A stretch of 52,994 nt of DNA from a virus (taxonomy: Duplodnaviria; Caudoviricetes), in IMG/VR virus record IMGVR_UViG_3300035703_000126, positions 1 through 52,994 of that record. The stretch is one strand, 5' to 3'. Shown piece by piece: positions 1 through 8,553 of the stretch. The position numbers and the translations under genes were made by a program. The first letter of the stretch is position 1, and each line of letters starts with the position of its first letter. The notes beneath the pieces are model-generated. The model was given only the letters and a program-made list of their open reading frames with translations, had not been told where the DNA came from and made no database searches.

Positions 1-543
1 TATCGAAATGCTGGAGGTGTGTTTGCGATTGATAATGGCGCATACAGCGGTTTCGACAGGTTGGCGTTCTCATCATTACTGCAGCGCGAGGACTTACATA
101 AAGAGCGTTGCCTGTTTGTCTCCGTGCCAGACATCGTGGGATCTGCTCGCCGAACTTTGGAAATATGGAGGCATCGGCACAGGATCGTGAGTGGATGGCC
201 GCTGGCGCTGGTTATGCAGGATGGCATGGAGGATATGGATATTCCGTGGGACGATTTGTCGGCTGTGTTCATTGGCGGTTGCGATCCGTGGAAGGACAGT
301 AAAGCGGCGGTTGACATCGTGAAGGCGGCAAAGACCCTGCAAAAGCACGCACACGTCGGCAGGGTCAACACGTTGAAGCGGTACAAACTGTTTGCGGAAG
401 CAGGTGCGGACACCTGCGATGGAAGCGGCGTAGCGATGTACGACCACATGCTGGACGACATCGCAAGAGGATTAAGAACAAAACCAGAACGTGGTTTATT
501 TGATGTTGCTGGCAGAGAACTGACTGCGGCAGGGGATGAGTGA
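1..543 (+). CDS. TGT-fold (DpdA-like / queuine tRNA-ribosyltransferase-like) protein, 5'-truncated
   Basis: Frame is open from base 1. Ordered motifs AIDNGAY, VPDIVG..RT, QDG, FIGG, HVGRVN and DTCDGSG parallel the TGT barrel motifs. Confidence 0.6.
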   Translation, partial: YRNAGGVFAIDNGAYSGFDRLAFSSLLQREDLHKERCLFVSVPDIVGSARRTLEIWRHRHRIVSGWPLALVMQDGMEDMDIPWDDLSAVFIGGCDPWKDSKAAVDIVKAAKTLQKHAHVGRVNTLKRYKLFAEAGADTCDGSGVAMYDHMLDDIARGLRTKPERGLFDVAGRELTAAGDE

Positions 544-823
544 AATGGCAAAACACAAACAGGATTGCGACATGGTCCGAACACACTTCACTTGGTCGAT
601 CGAGCATCCGCGTGGAGAGTGCCCATTCTGTGGCGATAAGACCGTGCTGATAATCGCTCCAGGACTGTGGGATGTTGACGAAGAATCGACCATCGAAACA
701 GTCGGCGAGGACAGGTATGACAACGAGCTCATCGACGGGGTGACGGTCCACGAGGAGTTGACGGGACATTATTGCCCAAAGTGTGACAAGTTGGTTTCGC
801 TGTCGCTGAACACCGGATCGTGA
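536..823 (+). CDS. hypothetical Zn-ribbon protein
   Basis: CPFC...CPKC pairs; overlaps both neighbours. Confidence 0.6.
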   Translation: MSEMAKHKQDCDMVRTHFTWSIEHPRGECPFCGDKTVLIIAPGLWDVDEESTIETVGEDRYDNELIDGVTVHEELTGHYCPKCDKLVSLSLNTGS

Positions 824-1029
824 GCATGGCGATTGTTCCAACACCAGTGCGACTCGACCGCCCGGCGTGGGTGCTGGTCTGGCTGACCGGGCACTACTGC
901 GGGCAGGTTGTGGGCGGGCGCGTGCATGGGTCGGCGGATGATGCGAGGCGGGCGCACAAACGGTTCTGTGTGAAACTGCAGGAGAAGATGGAAGTGCGGC
1001 AGGTTTTGATTCAGGAAGGGGCGGAGTGA
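820..1029 (+). CDS. hypothetical protein
   Basis: GTGA stop/start coupling on both sides. Confidence 0.55.
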   Translation: MSMAIVPTPVRLDRPAWVLVWLTGHYCGQVVGGRVHGSADDARRAHKRFCVKLQEKMEVRQVLIQEGAE

Positions 1030-1283
1030 TGTCTGACTATGCAACAGAGCAGAGCGTACTTAACACGCAATTCAACGCGGCATTGCAGGCCGACATCGCT
1101 GAGCGCCAGCGAGCACGACCTTTCATACTGCTAAGGCCGCGCATGTTTCCGGATGGCAATCAGTGGTGTGCATTGTACGGCGACAATCTGCAAGAGGGTG
1201 TCTGTGGGTTCGGCGACACTCCAGAGGCTGCTGCGGTGGCGTTCGACGAGGCGTGGAAGTCACAGACACTGAAGGGGGCATGA
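1026..1283 (+). CDS. conserved phage protein, possible HicB-like fold
   Basis: DGNQWCALYGDNLQEGVCGFGDTPEAA motif; GGAG RBS. Confidence 0.6.
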   Translation: MMSDYATEQSVLNTQFNAALQADIAERQRARPFILLRPRMFPDGNQWCALYGDNLQEGVCGFGDTPEAAAVAFDEAWKSQTLKGA

Positions 1284-1499
1284 GTGATGGATTCGCAAGG
1301 AGCCATGATCGCGTACTGTGCTGCTGCGGCAATGACTTCCGGATCGTTCCCGACTCATTTGCTGGACACGGCGACGGGCGAACAACGGATTCCGTCGCAC
1401 TTCAGGTATGTGCCTGCGTCTAAGAAACGGAAGCTACCGCGCAACGCTCCGTGCCACTGTGGCAGCGGGCGAAAGTTCAAGAAGTGCTGTGGGAGATGA
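1284..1499 (+). CDS. SEC-C motif protein
   Basis: C-terminal RNAPCHCGSGRKFKKCCG matches the SecA-type zinc-binding motif. Confidence 0.8.
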   Translation: MMDSQGAMIAYCAAAAMTSGSFPTHLLDTATGEQRIPSHFRYVPASKKRKLPRNAPCHCGSGRKFKKCCGR

Positions 1500-1757
1500 G
1501 TGATGGCTGACACAGAAACTCTGCGCCGCGAGTTCGAGGCGGCGTGCCAAGCGGAGATTGATATCGAGGCGTTGGCTGACAAAATCGCCGAGTCGCTAAC
1601 GTCTGCGTATGTTTGCACTCGCGTCTGGAGCGCGTGGAATGTCGGCACTATGACCGAAGACGACTTCAAGCCGGCAGACGAGTCGGAGTTGTCAGGGGAA
1701 ATCGCAGAGAAAGTAGTCGAGTTTATTAGCGGCCAGCGAAAAGCGAGGAAGCCATGA
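1500..1757 (+). CDS. hypothetical protein
   Basis: Tight operon packing; GGAG RBS. Confidence 0.6.
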   Translation: MMADTETLRREFEAACQAEIDIEALADKIAESLTSAYVCTRVWSAWNVGTMTEDDFKPADESELSGEIAEKVVEFISGQRKARKP

Positions 1758-1954
1758 GCCTTGTCCTTAATTCAGAAGCATACCGGAAGCTAATCCGGGA
1801 AGACCTTGACTGGTTACTCAGGCAGCCACGAACGCTGGAGCGTGACCACATCCAGCAGATTCTGGAGTGGCAGATGGAGTATGCCAAAGCCGTGGTCGCC
1901 CATGAGAGAGCGATGGCAGCCTACGAACAAGCAAAGAAGGAGTCGCAGCCATGA
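1754..1954 (+). CDS. hypothetical protein
   Basis: ATGA coupling; GAGG RBS. Confidence 0.6.
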   Translation: MSLVLNSEAYRKLIREDLDWLLRQPRTLERDHIQQILEWQMEYAKAVVAHERAMAAYEQAKKESQP

Positions 1955-2292
1955 GCACACTGCTTGAAGCCGCGAAGGCTATGTGTAAGTGTTTCGATCG
2001 TAATTGTGATGTGTGCGCGGGATCTAGGATAGCAGTTGAGCTTCAAGAATCCATCGCCGCCGAGGAACAGCGGATTGCCAGCGAGCAACTGACGGCGACG
2101 ATGGAGTGGCTGACTGAGGTGCTTGGAGAACCAGAGCCATCACCTCATGGTAACGGAATCTACTGGCATCGAGGTGCAGCCACTGTTTCGATTTTCGACA
2201 CCGGCGAAGTGAGAGTCGGGAACGTGATTCTTGACTCGCCAACCCGCCGGCAGGTGCTGTGCCTGCTCGAAGCGATGGGGGTAAAGCCGTGA
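1951..2292 (+). CDS. hypothetical protein
   Basis: ATGA coupling; AAGGAG RBS. Confidence 0.6.
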   Translation: MSTLLEAAKAMCKCFDRNCDVCAGSRIAVELQESIAAEEQRIASEQLTATMEWLTEVLGEPEPSPHGNGIYWHRGAATVSIFDTGEVRVGNVILDSPTRRQVLCLLEAMGVKP

Positions 2293-2609
2293 ACGACCTA
2301 CTCAATTCCGCGAAGGAGCTACTGGCTGTCTGCGACACGGCTGCCGCGATTGGTACCGGCATCCCGGAAATTACGGCTCTGCGGACAGCTCTGGAAGCGG
2401 CTGAGCGTTCCAACGTGTGTGATCAGTGCGGCAGCGCTGAACTGGAGATTGTGAAGGCCTTCATTGACGTGTGGCAGCCGACAAGCTTCGACGCAGACGA
2501 ACTGGATGCTCATCAGGATCACGACCGCGACAGCGCATGGCACATGGCATTGGCGTGTCCGCAGTGTGATGGCCGAATCGTGCCTGGGACACACTGGATC
2601 GAACCATAA
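2289..2609 (+). CDS. hypothetical Zn-ribbon protein
   Basis: GTGA coupling; CDQC...CPQC. Confidence 0.55.
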   Translation: MNDLLNSAKELLAVCDTAAAIGTGIPEITALRTALEAAERSNVCDQCGSAELEIVKAFIDVWQPTSFDADELDAHQDHDRDSAWHMALACPQCDGRIVPGTHWIEP

Positions 2610-2633
2610 CTGAGCCTGTTTAACGAAGGGGCA

Positions 2634-2954
2634 ATGATGGACCTGCAACAGCATCTCGACCGCCAGCGGGAGTGGAGTCTGGCAACTTTCGGCGAAGGCC
2701 TGCGGACGCGCCAGATTACGGCACATATCCGCAAGGAATGTGATGAGATTGAATCGGCCGTCTCTCCGTGGCACATTCTCGCGGAAGGCTGCGATGTGAT
2801 TGCGCTGGCGTATGATCTGTTGTGGCGATGCGGATTCACGGCTGAAGAAATTTCAGCGGAACTCGACCGCAAACTGACAGTCAACATCAATCGCCAGTGG
2901 CCGCCGATCGGCAAAGACGACGGACAGCCCATTGAGCATGTGAGGGAGCAGTGA
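2634..2954 (+). CDS. DUF550-family dATP/dGTP pyrophosphohydrolase (MazG-like)
   Basis: Pattern QREWSLATFG...HIRKECDEI...EGCDV...KLTVNINRQWP. Confidence 0.8.
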   Translation: MMDLQQHLDRQREWSLATFGEGLRTRQITAHIRKECDEIESAVSPWHILAEGCDVIALAYDLLWRCGFTAEEISAELDRKLTVNINRQWPPIGKDDGQPIEHVREQ

Positions 2955-3184
2955 TGCCAGAAGTCCTGAGCAGCAACGGCATGTTTGAGTGCGATGACAC
3001 CGGGCGCGTAACGAATTTCCGCCCGCTATCAACGGGAGATCCGGACTACCATCGCATCATCCGCCTGGATCTGCCCGCTGGCGAAGGGCCGTTCGATATT
3101 CTCCAGTGTGGCGTTCACACAGACGATGGGCGGTACGATCCGCCGGAGTGGGTACTACAAAAGGGGGAACCTGAACCATGCTGA
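2951..3184 (+). CDS. hypothetical protein
   Basis: GTGA coupling; GGGAG RBS. Confidence 0.5.
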   Translation: MMPEVLSSNGMFECDDTGRVTNFRPLSTGDPDYHRIIRLDLPAGEGPFDILQCGVHTDDGRYDPPEWVLQKGEPEPC

Positions 3185-3501
3185 GACTGATCACCGCGCT
3201 GTGCCTGCTGGCTCCGCTGAGCGCGGCTGCCGAGGACTTCTACGTCGGGCCGCCGGGGTATGCCGGGCCGCCGAACTACCAGTACCACTACCGCTACTGC
3301 CCACAGCCTGCGTATCAACCGCCGGTCTACTGGCAGTTCATCCGGCCGCAGTACAGCTATCTGCCGCAGCCGTACCGTTACCCGCCGGCTCCGATCTGGC
3401 ATCAGCCGATCACGGTGGTCCCGGCGCTCCCTGGAATCTACCGCAGCGACCTCAGCCCCACCGGCTGGGTGCAGCAGCGGGCTTACTGGCCGGGATGGTG
3501 A
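3178..3501 (+). CDS. secreted Pro/Tyr-rich protein
   Basis: Signal peptide MLRLITALCLLAPLSAAA followed by a P/Y/Q-rich body. Confidence 0.65.
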   Translation: MLRLITALCLLAPLSAAAEDFYVGPPGYAGPPNYQYHYRYCPQPAYQPPVYWQFIRPQYSYLPQPYRYPPAPIWHQPITVVPALPGIYRSDLSPTGWVQQRAYWPGW

Positions 3502-3505
3502 CACT

Positions 3506-3691
3506 ATGTTTCCACGCATCTACCACGTCACGAACCGCAACACGTCCGGCGAAGGTTCGCTTTGGCATGGGCTTCGGCGAGCAGCCTGTGAAGCCTATGA
3601 AGGCTCCGAAGACCACACGGTCATCGTCTTTGATGTCTCCGGAAACTTCCCGGTTCCAGCCGGCGAGCACACTGACAATGCTGGAACATGA
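3506..3691 (+). CDS. hypothetical protein
   Basis: Fills the gap between neighbours; ATG start in the frame of ORF 3260..3691. Confidence 0.4.
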   Translation: MFPRIYHVTNRNTSGEGSLWHGLRRAACEAYEGSEDHTVIVFDVSGNFPVPAGEHTDNAGT

Positions 3692-3878
3692 GCCGTTCAG
3701 TTGCGGGCGTGTCAAGGTGCAGATGAGCGAACTGGCCGACGCACTCTTTACTGCTGAACGCTGGATCGAGTCGGAGGATGAAGTCGGTGGCATACCTGAG
3801 TTTGCTGAGAACCACCGCCGCCAGCTGATCCCGCCGAACACTTCGCGGGACGACATCTGCCGCATGTTCTGGAGCTGA
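3678..3878 (+). CDS. hypothetical protein
   Basis: 3' part of ORF 3108..3878; acidic, protein-like composition. Confidence 0.45.
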   Translation: MLEHEPFSCGRVKVQMSELADALFTAERWIESEDEVGGIPEFAENHRRQLIPPNTSRDDICRMFWS

Positions 3879-3893
3879 AAGGAGCGCCACGCA

Positions 3894-4379
3894 ATGGCAT
3901 CGTCACTGAATAAGGTCTTCATCCTGGGCACGCTGACGCGCGACCCGCAGGTGAAATTCACGCCCTCTGGAACCGCCGTCTGCGAGATCGGACTGGCGCT
4001 CAACCGCCGGGTCAAAGGCCGCGACAACCAATGGACCGAAGAGGCCACGTTCGTCGACTGCACTCTGTGGGGTCGGCAGGCCGAAGTCGCCGGCGAGTAT
4101 CTCCGCAAGGGCCGGCAGGCGTTCATCGAAGGACGGCTGCAGCTCGAACAGTGGGACGACAAAGCCACCGGGCAGAAACGCTCGAAGTTGAAAGTCGTCG
4201 CGGAGGAACTCACACTGGTCGGTGATGGCGACCGATCACCGGGCGGAGGCAGCAGCGGTTACAGCCAGTCGCCGCGCGAGAACGGCGCGCCACCGGTCGA
4301 GTCGCCCCCGAACCGCGGCGAGCACCCGCCGGCCCCGAACTACGAAGCCCCGGTCGCAGATGATGACATCCCGTTCTGA
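3894..4379 (+). CDS. ssb: single-stranded DNA-binding protein
   Basis: LNKVFILGTLTRDP, WGRQAE, YLRKG and EGRLQ motifs; C-terminal DDDIPF tail. Confidence 0.97.
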   Translation: MASSLNKVFILGTLTRDPQVKFTPSGTAVCEIGLALNRRVKGRDNQWTEEATFVDCTLWGRQAEVAGEYLRKGRQAFIEGRLQLEQWDDKATGQKRSKLKVVAEELTLVGDGDRSPGGGSSGYSQSPRENGAPPVESPPNRGEHPPAPNYEAPVADDDIPF

Positions 4380-4406
4380 TCAACCTAACCCACGAAAGAC
4401 GCCCGC

Positions 4407-4814
4407 ATGAAAGACATGCCGAAGTTGGTCGCAGAGTCGAAACGCCTTGACGATGCCAGAACAACGCCATTCATCCGCGAAGTGGAAGTCTGCGGAATGA
4501 AACTGGATATCCATGCCAGAAAGCAAGAGGCAGACAGGGATGTCGCCATGTTTCGGTACGCGCCGCACATGGCGATTACCTGCTCTGTGCCGCGAGTTGA
4601 CGATCTTCCTGATTTGTGTCTCGAACAGCGCCTCGTCCGCCACGTCGTCCCGGCGATCGTCCAGGAACTGGTTAACACGCTCCTCTCGGTCACGATCGCT
4701 CACGGAATCGTCGCCGATGATCTGAAGAAACCGCAGTACGAACCGGGAACGCTGCTGGCCGAACTCTTTGACGCTTTACTCGAAGACGAAGAAGCCGCAA
4801 AACGAGCGCTCTGA
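4407..4814 (+). CDS. hypothetical protein
   Basis: Last + strand ORF before the convergent block. Confidence 0.55.
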   Translation: MKDMPKLVAESKRLDDARTTPFIREVEVCGMKLDIHARKQEADRDVAMFRYAPHMAITCSVPRVDDLPDLCLEQRLVRHVVPAIVQELVNTLLSVTIAHGIVADDLKKPQYEPGTLLAELFDALLEDEEAAKRAL

Positions 4815-4889
4815 CAACGACGATAGCCGGACCAGGGACAATTCCCAGCCCGGCTATCAACTCGCGCCAAATGCGATCCTATGCGTTCC

Positions 4890-5294
4890 TCAGGCCACCT
4901 CCTCCACCTGCCCGGTGGCGATGCGGACCTGGCCGACCAGTTCTTCCCAGCGGGCGTTGATGTTCTCCTCGATGATCGGGTTATGCACCGCGCCCGACCG
5001 GTCCGAGGGGTAATACGCGACGCCCTGATGGCAGTCCCAGGCATCGAGTTCATCAATCAGGGTGGCGGGGTTCTTATGTGGTCCGAACACCCACCGCAGG
5101 GACTGCTCAAAGCGGCTCTTGCCCGTGCAGTAGACTGCCTCGGCGATCCAGTTTCCGCCGGCAGTCTTCCACAGCTTCACGCTGAACCAGCGAACGACGC
5201 GCGGGTTCGCGTCCTTCGCTTCGTAGTCCAGCAGTAACTCTCCGGTGAACCGCAGCGGCTGGCCGTCGCGGATCAGGGTAACAGTCTCAGGCAT
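4890..5294 (-). CDS. hypothetical early protein
   Basis: Start MPETVTL with GAGGAG RBS. Confidence 0.65.
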   Translation of the reverse strand: MPETVTLIRDGQPLRFTGELLLDYEAKDANPRVVRWFSVKLWKTAGGNWIAEAVYCTGKSRFEQSLRWVFGPHKNPATLIDELDAWDCHQGVAYYPSDRSGAVHNPIIEENINARWEELVGQVRIATGQVEEVA

Positions 5295-5715
5295 TGACGT
5301 GCTCCTCGTCGATGTAGGGAGATCCGCAATGCGAACACCCCAGCGTCCTCGTTCCATCGGCCAGATCTCCAGCGAGCGGGAAGCCGATTTCCCCGCATTC
5401 TCCGCAGGCAGACTCGACACCTTCGGTCCATTCCGAATCAGCCACCTCCGAATAATGGCTCCAGTCGCCGAGGATGGCGAGAAGATCGTCACGCCCGACG
5501 CTCCACTCGGTAGCGGATTCGTGATCCAGTCGGCGTATGATCACCTCGGTCGGCGATAGTTCCTGCGTGATGGCGTAGCGACCCGGCAGGATGTATCCGC
5601 AGAAGTTGCCGCTGACCCCTTTGGCCTGGCACGCATGAAGCGTGAACTCATCTCCGACATCGAGCGGAAACCTATCGGACCGAATAACACCCCCATGTGC
5701 GTCAGTTACTGGCAT
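5287..5715 (-). CDS. hypothetical protein with C-terminal Zn ribbon
   Basis: CGEC...CSHC; N-terminal FPLDVGDEFTLHACQAKG module. Confidence 0.6.
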   Translation of the reverse strand: MPVTDAHGGVIRSDRFPLDVGDEFTLHACQAKGVSGNFCGYILPGRYAITQELSPTEVIIRRLDHESATEWSVGRDDLLAILGDWSHYSEVADSEWTEGVESACGECGEIGFPLAGDLADGTRTLGCSHCGSPYIDEEHVNA

Positions 5716-5959
5716 CAGATTCCCCCTTCGCCTTCGCGATTGCCGCGCGGGCAGACTTGAACGCATCGACGGTGAATTGATTGCAGCCGAAGCCGGCGGC
5801 GAAATCCTCTGGCGTTGCAGGTGATGGCAATCGGTTGTTGGCTTCAATGGCAAACGCGAGAAGTAATTCCAGTGATGCCAGCAGGATCGCTCGCTGCTGC
5901 TGAGCCAATGCCAGCTTCTGGCACAGACTGTCGATGATCTCGTTGTTTGTGTCGTTCAT
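5702..5959 (-). CDS. hypothetical phage protein
   Basis: Common phage C-terminal ARAAIAKAKGE motif; ATGA coupling. Confidence 0.65.
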   Translation of the reverse strand: MNDTNNEIIDSLCQKLALAQQQRAILLASLELLLAFAIEANNRLPSPATPEDFAAGFGCNQFTVDAFKSARAAIAKAKGESDASN

Positions 5960-6132
5960 GTGCTGTGCCATCCAATTACGATTTTCTCGCCATTCAATAA
6001 TTCATCCTTCGCGACGAATCCAAAACCGCTCTCGAACCGCATGGCGTTTGATCCGTCGTCAATCAGGCGATCAAATAGCAGCGTTCCGTTTTCGCTTGTG
6101 ATGTGAACGCGATTCCCCTGGCATGTCTTCAT
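5956..6132 (-). CDS. small hypothetical protein (58 aa, MKTCQGNRVH...)
   Basis: Read by hand; AAGGGAAAAGCAC-ATG leader; ATGA overlap with the next gene. Confidence 0.5.
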   Translation of the reverse strand: MKTCQGNRVHITSENGTLLFDRLIDDGSNAMRFESGFGFVAKDELLNGEKIVIGWHST

Positions 6133-6177
6133 GTGCTTTTCCCTTAAACCTGAAACCCCTGCCGATACCGTGCAGCC

Positions 6178-6429
6178 CTAGATGCGAGCATGAACCAGCC
6201 AGGTGAAGTGCGTCGAAGGGCATAGGCTTGTTCCTTCGTTTTCTTTGTTGTACGCAATCGTTTTCTTGGGCTGTGAAACATCTTCACAGAATTGATGCAG
6301 AAGCCGAAACGCAGCCCTTGCGGCAGATTCAGACCACGCCTCAACGATGATGTGACTGCCGAAAACGTCGATCTTCTTTGCCTTCAGTGCCTTTTCAAGA
6401 AGCTCTTTGATTTTCTGCTGTGGTGTCAT
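6178..6429 (-). CDS. hypothetical protein
   Basis: AAGGGGAAAGCAA-ATG leader. Confidence 0.6.
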   Translation of the reverse strand: MTPQQKIKELLEKALKAKKIDVFGSHIIVEAWSESAARAAFRLLHQFCEDVSQPKKTIAYNKENEGTSLCPSTHFTWLVHARI

Positions 6430-6440
6430 TTGCTTTCCCC

Positions 6441-6611
6441 TTAAATCAGTTCCACGGAAACAGCCGGAACCATCCTGTCAGTCGGGCATTCTTCTGTGTC
6501 GCCGAACTGGAACAGGTTCCCGACGTAATAACGCTGCGCGTCATCAATCGTGCCGTTGAATCCCGTCGTGATTGTGTTGCCGTCTGCGAATCGAACGCGA
6601 ATGCTGATCAT
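6441..6611 (-). CDS. small phage protein (56 aa, MISIRVRFADGNTITTGFNGT...)
   Basis: Read by hand; ATGA coupling; resembles small phage proteins of type VxFxxGxTITTxxNGT..YY. Confidence 0.6.
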   Translation of the reverse strand: MISIRVRFADGNTITTGFNGTIDDAQRYYVGNLFQFGDTEECPTDRMVPAVSVELI

Positions 6612-6907
6612 GATTTGCCTTCTGGGATGAAGTATTCCGAAACCGGCAATCCGCTGCCTTCCGGAATCTTCTGGACAATTCTGCCATGTTCATTGCGGTC
6701 TCTATCGAGAAATCGCGACGTGTATGGAAAGTTTCCCTCGATTGAAGGATGCACGTCTCTGTGTCCAATGTGCTGCCAGAATTCGGATGCCGTAACTCTC
6801 TGCATGTGCTTCTCCTGTTTTACTGAAACAGCGCTGATCCCCTTCGCCTGGCAGGCGTGCAGAGTAAACTCGTCTCCGACGTTCAACGGAAAATATCTCT
6901 CAGCCAT
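6608..6907 (-). CDS. chimeric hypothetical protein (second start at 6805, MQRVT)
   Basis: N-terminal FPLNVGDEFTLHACQAKG module followed by an internal CAGGAG-RBS ATG. Confidence 0.55.
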   Translation of the reverse strand: MAERYFPLNVGDEFTLHACQAKGISAVSVKQEKHMQRVTASEFWQHIGHRDVHPSIEGNFPYTSRFLDRDRNEHGRIVQKIPEGSGLPVSEYFIPEGKS

Positions 6908-7139
6908 TGCCTTCCCCCTCCGGATTCAGGACCAACCTGGCCGCATCATTCAGTCGGATGTGCGTCAGGTCGAAAACGCCGGGCGCACACTCGTGAGCGA
7001 AAGCCGCCGCACGCAGCACGCCGATCGCCGTTAACCTGTCGATCACAGGCATATCCACAGACCGCACAGTGCGGCCATCAACGCGCGAAGTCACGCGCTG
7101 GTGGCCACTGCGAAGCTGCTCGATGCTCAGCGAAATCAT
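6900..7139 (-). CDS. hypothetical protein
   Basis: AAGGGAG RBS. Confidence 0.55.
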   Translation of the reverse strand: MISLSIEQLRSGHQRVTSRVDGRTVRSVDMPVIDRLTAIGVLRAAAFAHECAPGVFDLTHIRLNDAARLVLNPEGEGNG

Positions 7140-7179
7140 GTCTTTCTCCCTTCGCCCGCACTTACCGGCAGCGGGCTGG

Positions 7180-7201
7180 CTCTCCGTGTCTCTGTGGTGA
7201 A
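7180..7201 (-). repeat. 22-bp intergenic direct repeat, copy 1 (TTCACCACAGAGACACGGAGAG on -)
   Basis: Identical to 7539-7560; an 11-bp partial copy lies at 8501-8511. Confidence 0.9.
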
Positions 7202-7208
7202 TGAACTA

Positions 7209-7532
7209 CTAAGCGAGTTCTTTCGCTCGCCGCAATACCGACGGGTAGATGCCGACCAGGGCCGATTCGAGCGCGGAGTTAAAAGCCTCAATCTCAGCCG
7301 CATCGCCGCCCTGTATGATCGCGAACGCGCCTACCGACTGCTGGTAGGCCTGTATCCACTCGACGCCAGCGTCCGTCAACGCGGTGAGCGTGGCGCTCGC
7401 CAGCTCATCCGCGCACTCATCGTAGTCGGCCAACTCGGTCGAAGCGGAGTCGAGTCCGACCTCCTCTTCCGCTCGCCCTATCAGATCCAGCAGACTATTT
7501 CGCCAGTTCTCGGTCGCGGTGTTCAGTAACAT
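7209..7532 (-). CDS. acidic hypothetical early protein
   Basis: RBS lies within the 22-bp repeat. Confidence 0.65.
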   Translation of the reverse strand: MLLNTATENWRNSLLDLIGRAEEEVGLDSASTELADYDECADELASATLTALTDAGVEWIQAYQQSVGAFAIIQGGDAAEIEAFNSALESALVGIYPSVLRRAKELA

Positions 7533-7538
7533 GATTTT

Positions 7539-7560
7539 CTCTCCGTGTCTCTGTGGTGAA
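7539..7560 (-). repeat. 22-bp intergenic direct repeat, copy 2
   Basis: Identical to 7180-7201. Confidence 0.9.
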
Positions 7561-7565
7561 GGGAA

Positions 7566-7856
7566 CTACTCGGCCGCGGCGAACTCCGCCGGAACCTCAC
7601 ACGCCTCGCCGCCCTCCGGGAGCGGGCGAGCCTGCTCGGCCGTGACCGACGGCACGCAGTCATGCCGCTCATTGATAAGCACGGCCACGAATGGCTCCGT
7701 GCTCCATGCGCGGATATGCTCGTCCGTGTCGCAGTTGCCTCGCGGCTCTACGCGGCAGTCAACATGCACTTCAGCCGCGCCGACAAACTCCACTCGCGTC
7801 TGATCGTGACCGAGCGACGAAGAAAATTGTGACAGTGTGCGGAACCAGTAATACAT
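7566..7856 (-). CDS. hypothetical early protein
   Basis: MYYWFR start after AAAGGG. Confidence 0.5.
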   Translation of the reverse strand: MYYWFRTLSQFSSSLGHDQTRVEFVGAAEVHVDCRVEPRGNCDTDEHIRAWSTEPFVAVLINERHDCVPSVTAEQARPLPEGGEACEVPAEFAAAE

Positions 7857-7955
7857 AGCTGTCCCTTTGGGGCCTGCGGTGAAACTCCTGCGACGGTGCA
7901 GGTTGTTCGGCCCCACGAACTCGAAGTTCAATGGGGCCGTGGAACGTGAACCGTC

Positions 7956-8480
7956 TCAGTCTGCCAGGGCGTTGCGGCGGATGACGATTGCCCGGAGGTC
8001 ATCGAGAGTTCTGGCCGCCACAGCCGCCGCCGCTAGATCGCCATAACCGCAGGCACGGAGGTCCTCCTCAAATCGCGACCCGGTCATGATGTACCTGGGC
8101 GGCTCGGCCAGGTACTGCTCCAGCAACTCTGCGTACCGAGCCAGCCGCTCGGCCTGCAGCGTGGCGTGGCGGGCGGCGTTCCGCGCGGTGGCCGGAGCGG
8201 TGATCACTGTGTGCGAGACGGCATCGACCCACACGAACCACTGGTGGCCCGGCGCAGCAACCCAGTGATCGTCAACAGCCTCAGACCGGCCCTCGACGAG
8301 TCGCTGGGCGCCGACCTGCTGGACGATCACCCGGCGATATCCGGCAGCCACAGCATCAGCGGCAGCTCGCTCGGCAGAAGCCTCAGTCTTGTGAGCGTAG
8401 CTGCCCAGCCAGTGGAGTCCCTCAGAGGGCATCACGCCCTGCACTCGCTCGATCGTGATCGCTTCGGTCGTCGTCGTCAT
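7956..8480 (-). CDS. hypothetical early protein
   Basis: MTTTTEAITI start after CCCCATTGAAGGAAGAAATC. Confidence 0.65.
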   Translation of the reverse strand: MTTTTEAITIERVQGVMPSEGLHWLGSYAHKTEASAERAAADAVAAGYRRVIVQQVGAQRLVEGRSEAVDDHWVAAPGHQWFVWVDAVSHTVITAPATARNAARHATLQAERLARYAELLEQYLAEPPRYIMTGSRFEEDLRACGYGDLAAAAVAARTLDDLRAIVIRRNALAD

Positions 8481-8486
8481 GATTTC

Positions 8487-8500
8487 TTCCTTCAATGGGG
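8487..8500 (-). repeat. 14-bp leader repeat CCCCATTGAAGGAA
   Basis: Identical to 9330-9343; 7927-7938 matches 9334-9345 over 12 bp. Confidence 0.85.
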
Positions 8501-8553
8501 TCTGTGGTGAATTGAAGGCCCGCAACGCGGGCCGGGGAACGCACACCGTCAGC

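Noticed and set aside
3108-3878. 256-aa ORF as a single gene
   Set aside because: Its 5' part shadows 3178..3501 and 3506..3691; only the 3' part from 3678 looks coding.
5611-6892. Duplicated 60-bp segment as a DGR template/variable repeat pair
   Set aside because: Differences are mostly synonymous third positions, not adenine-specific, and no reverse transcriptase is present.
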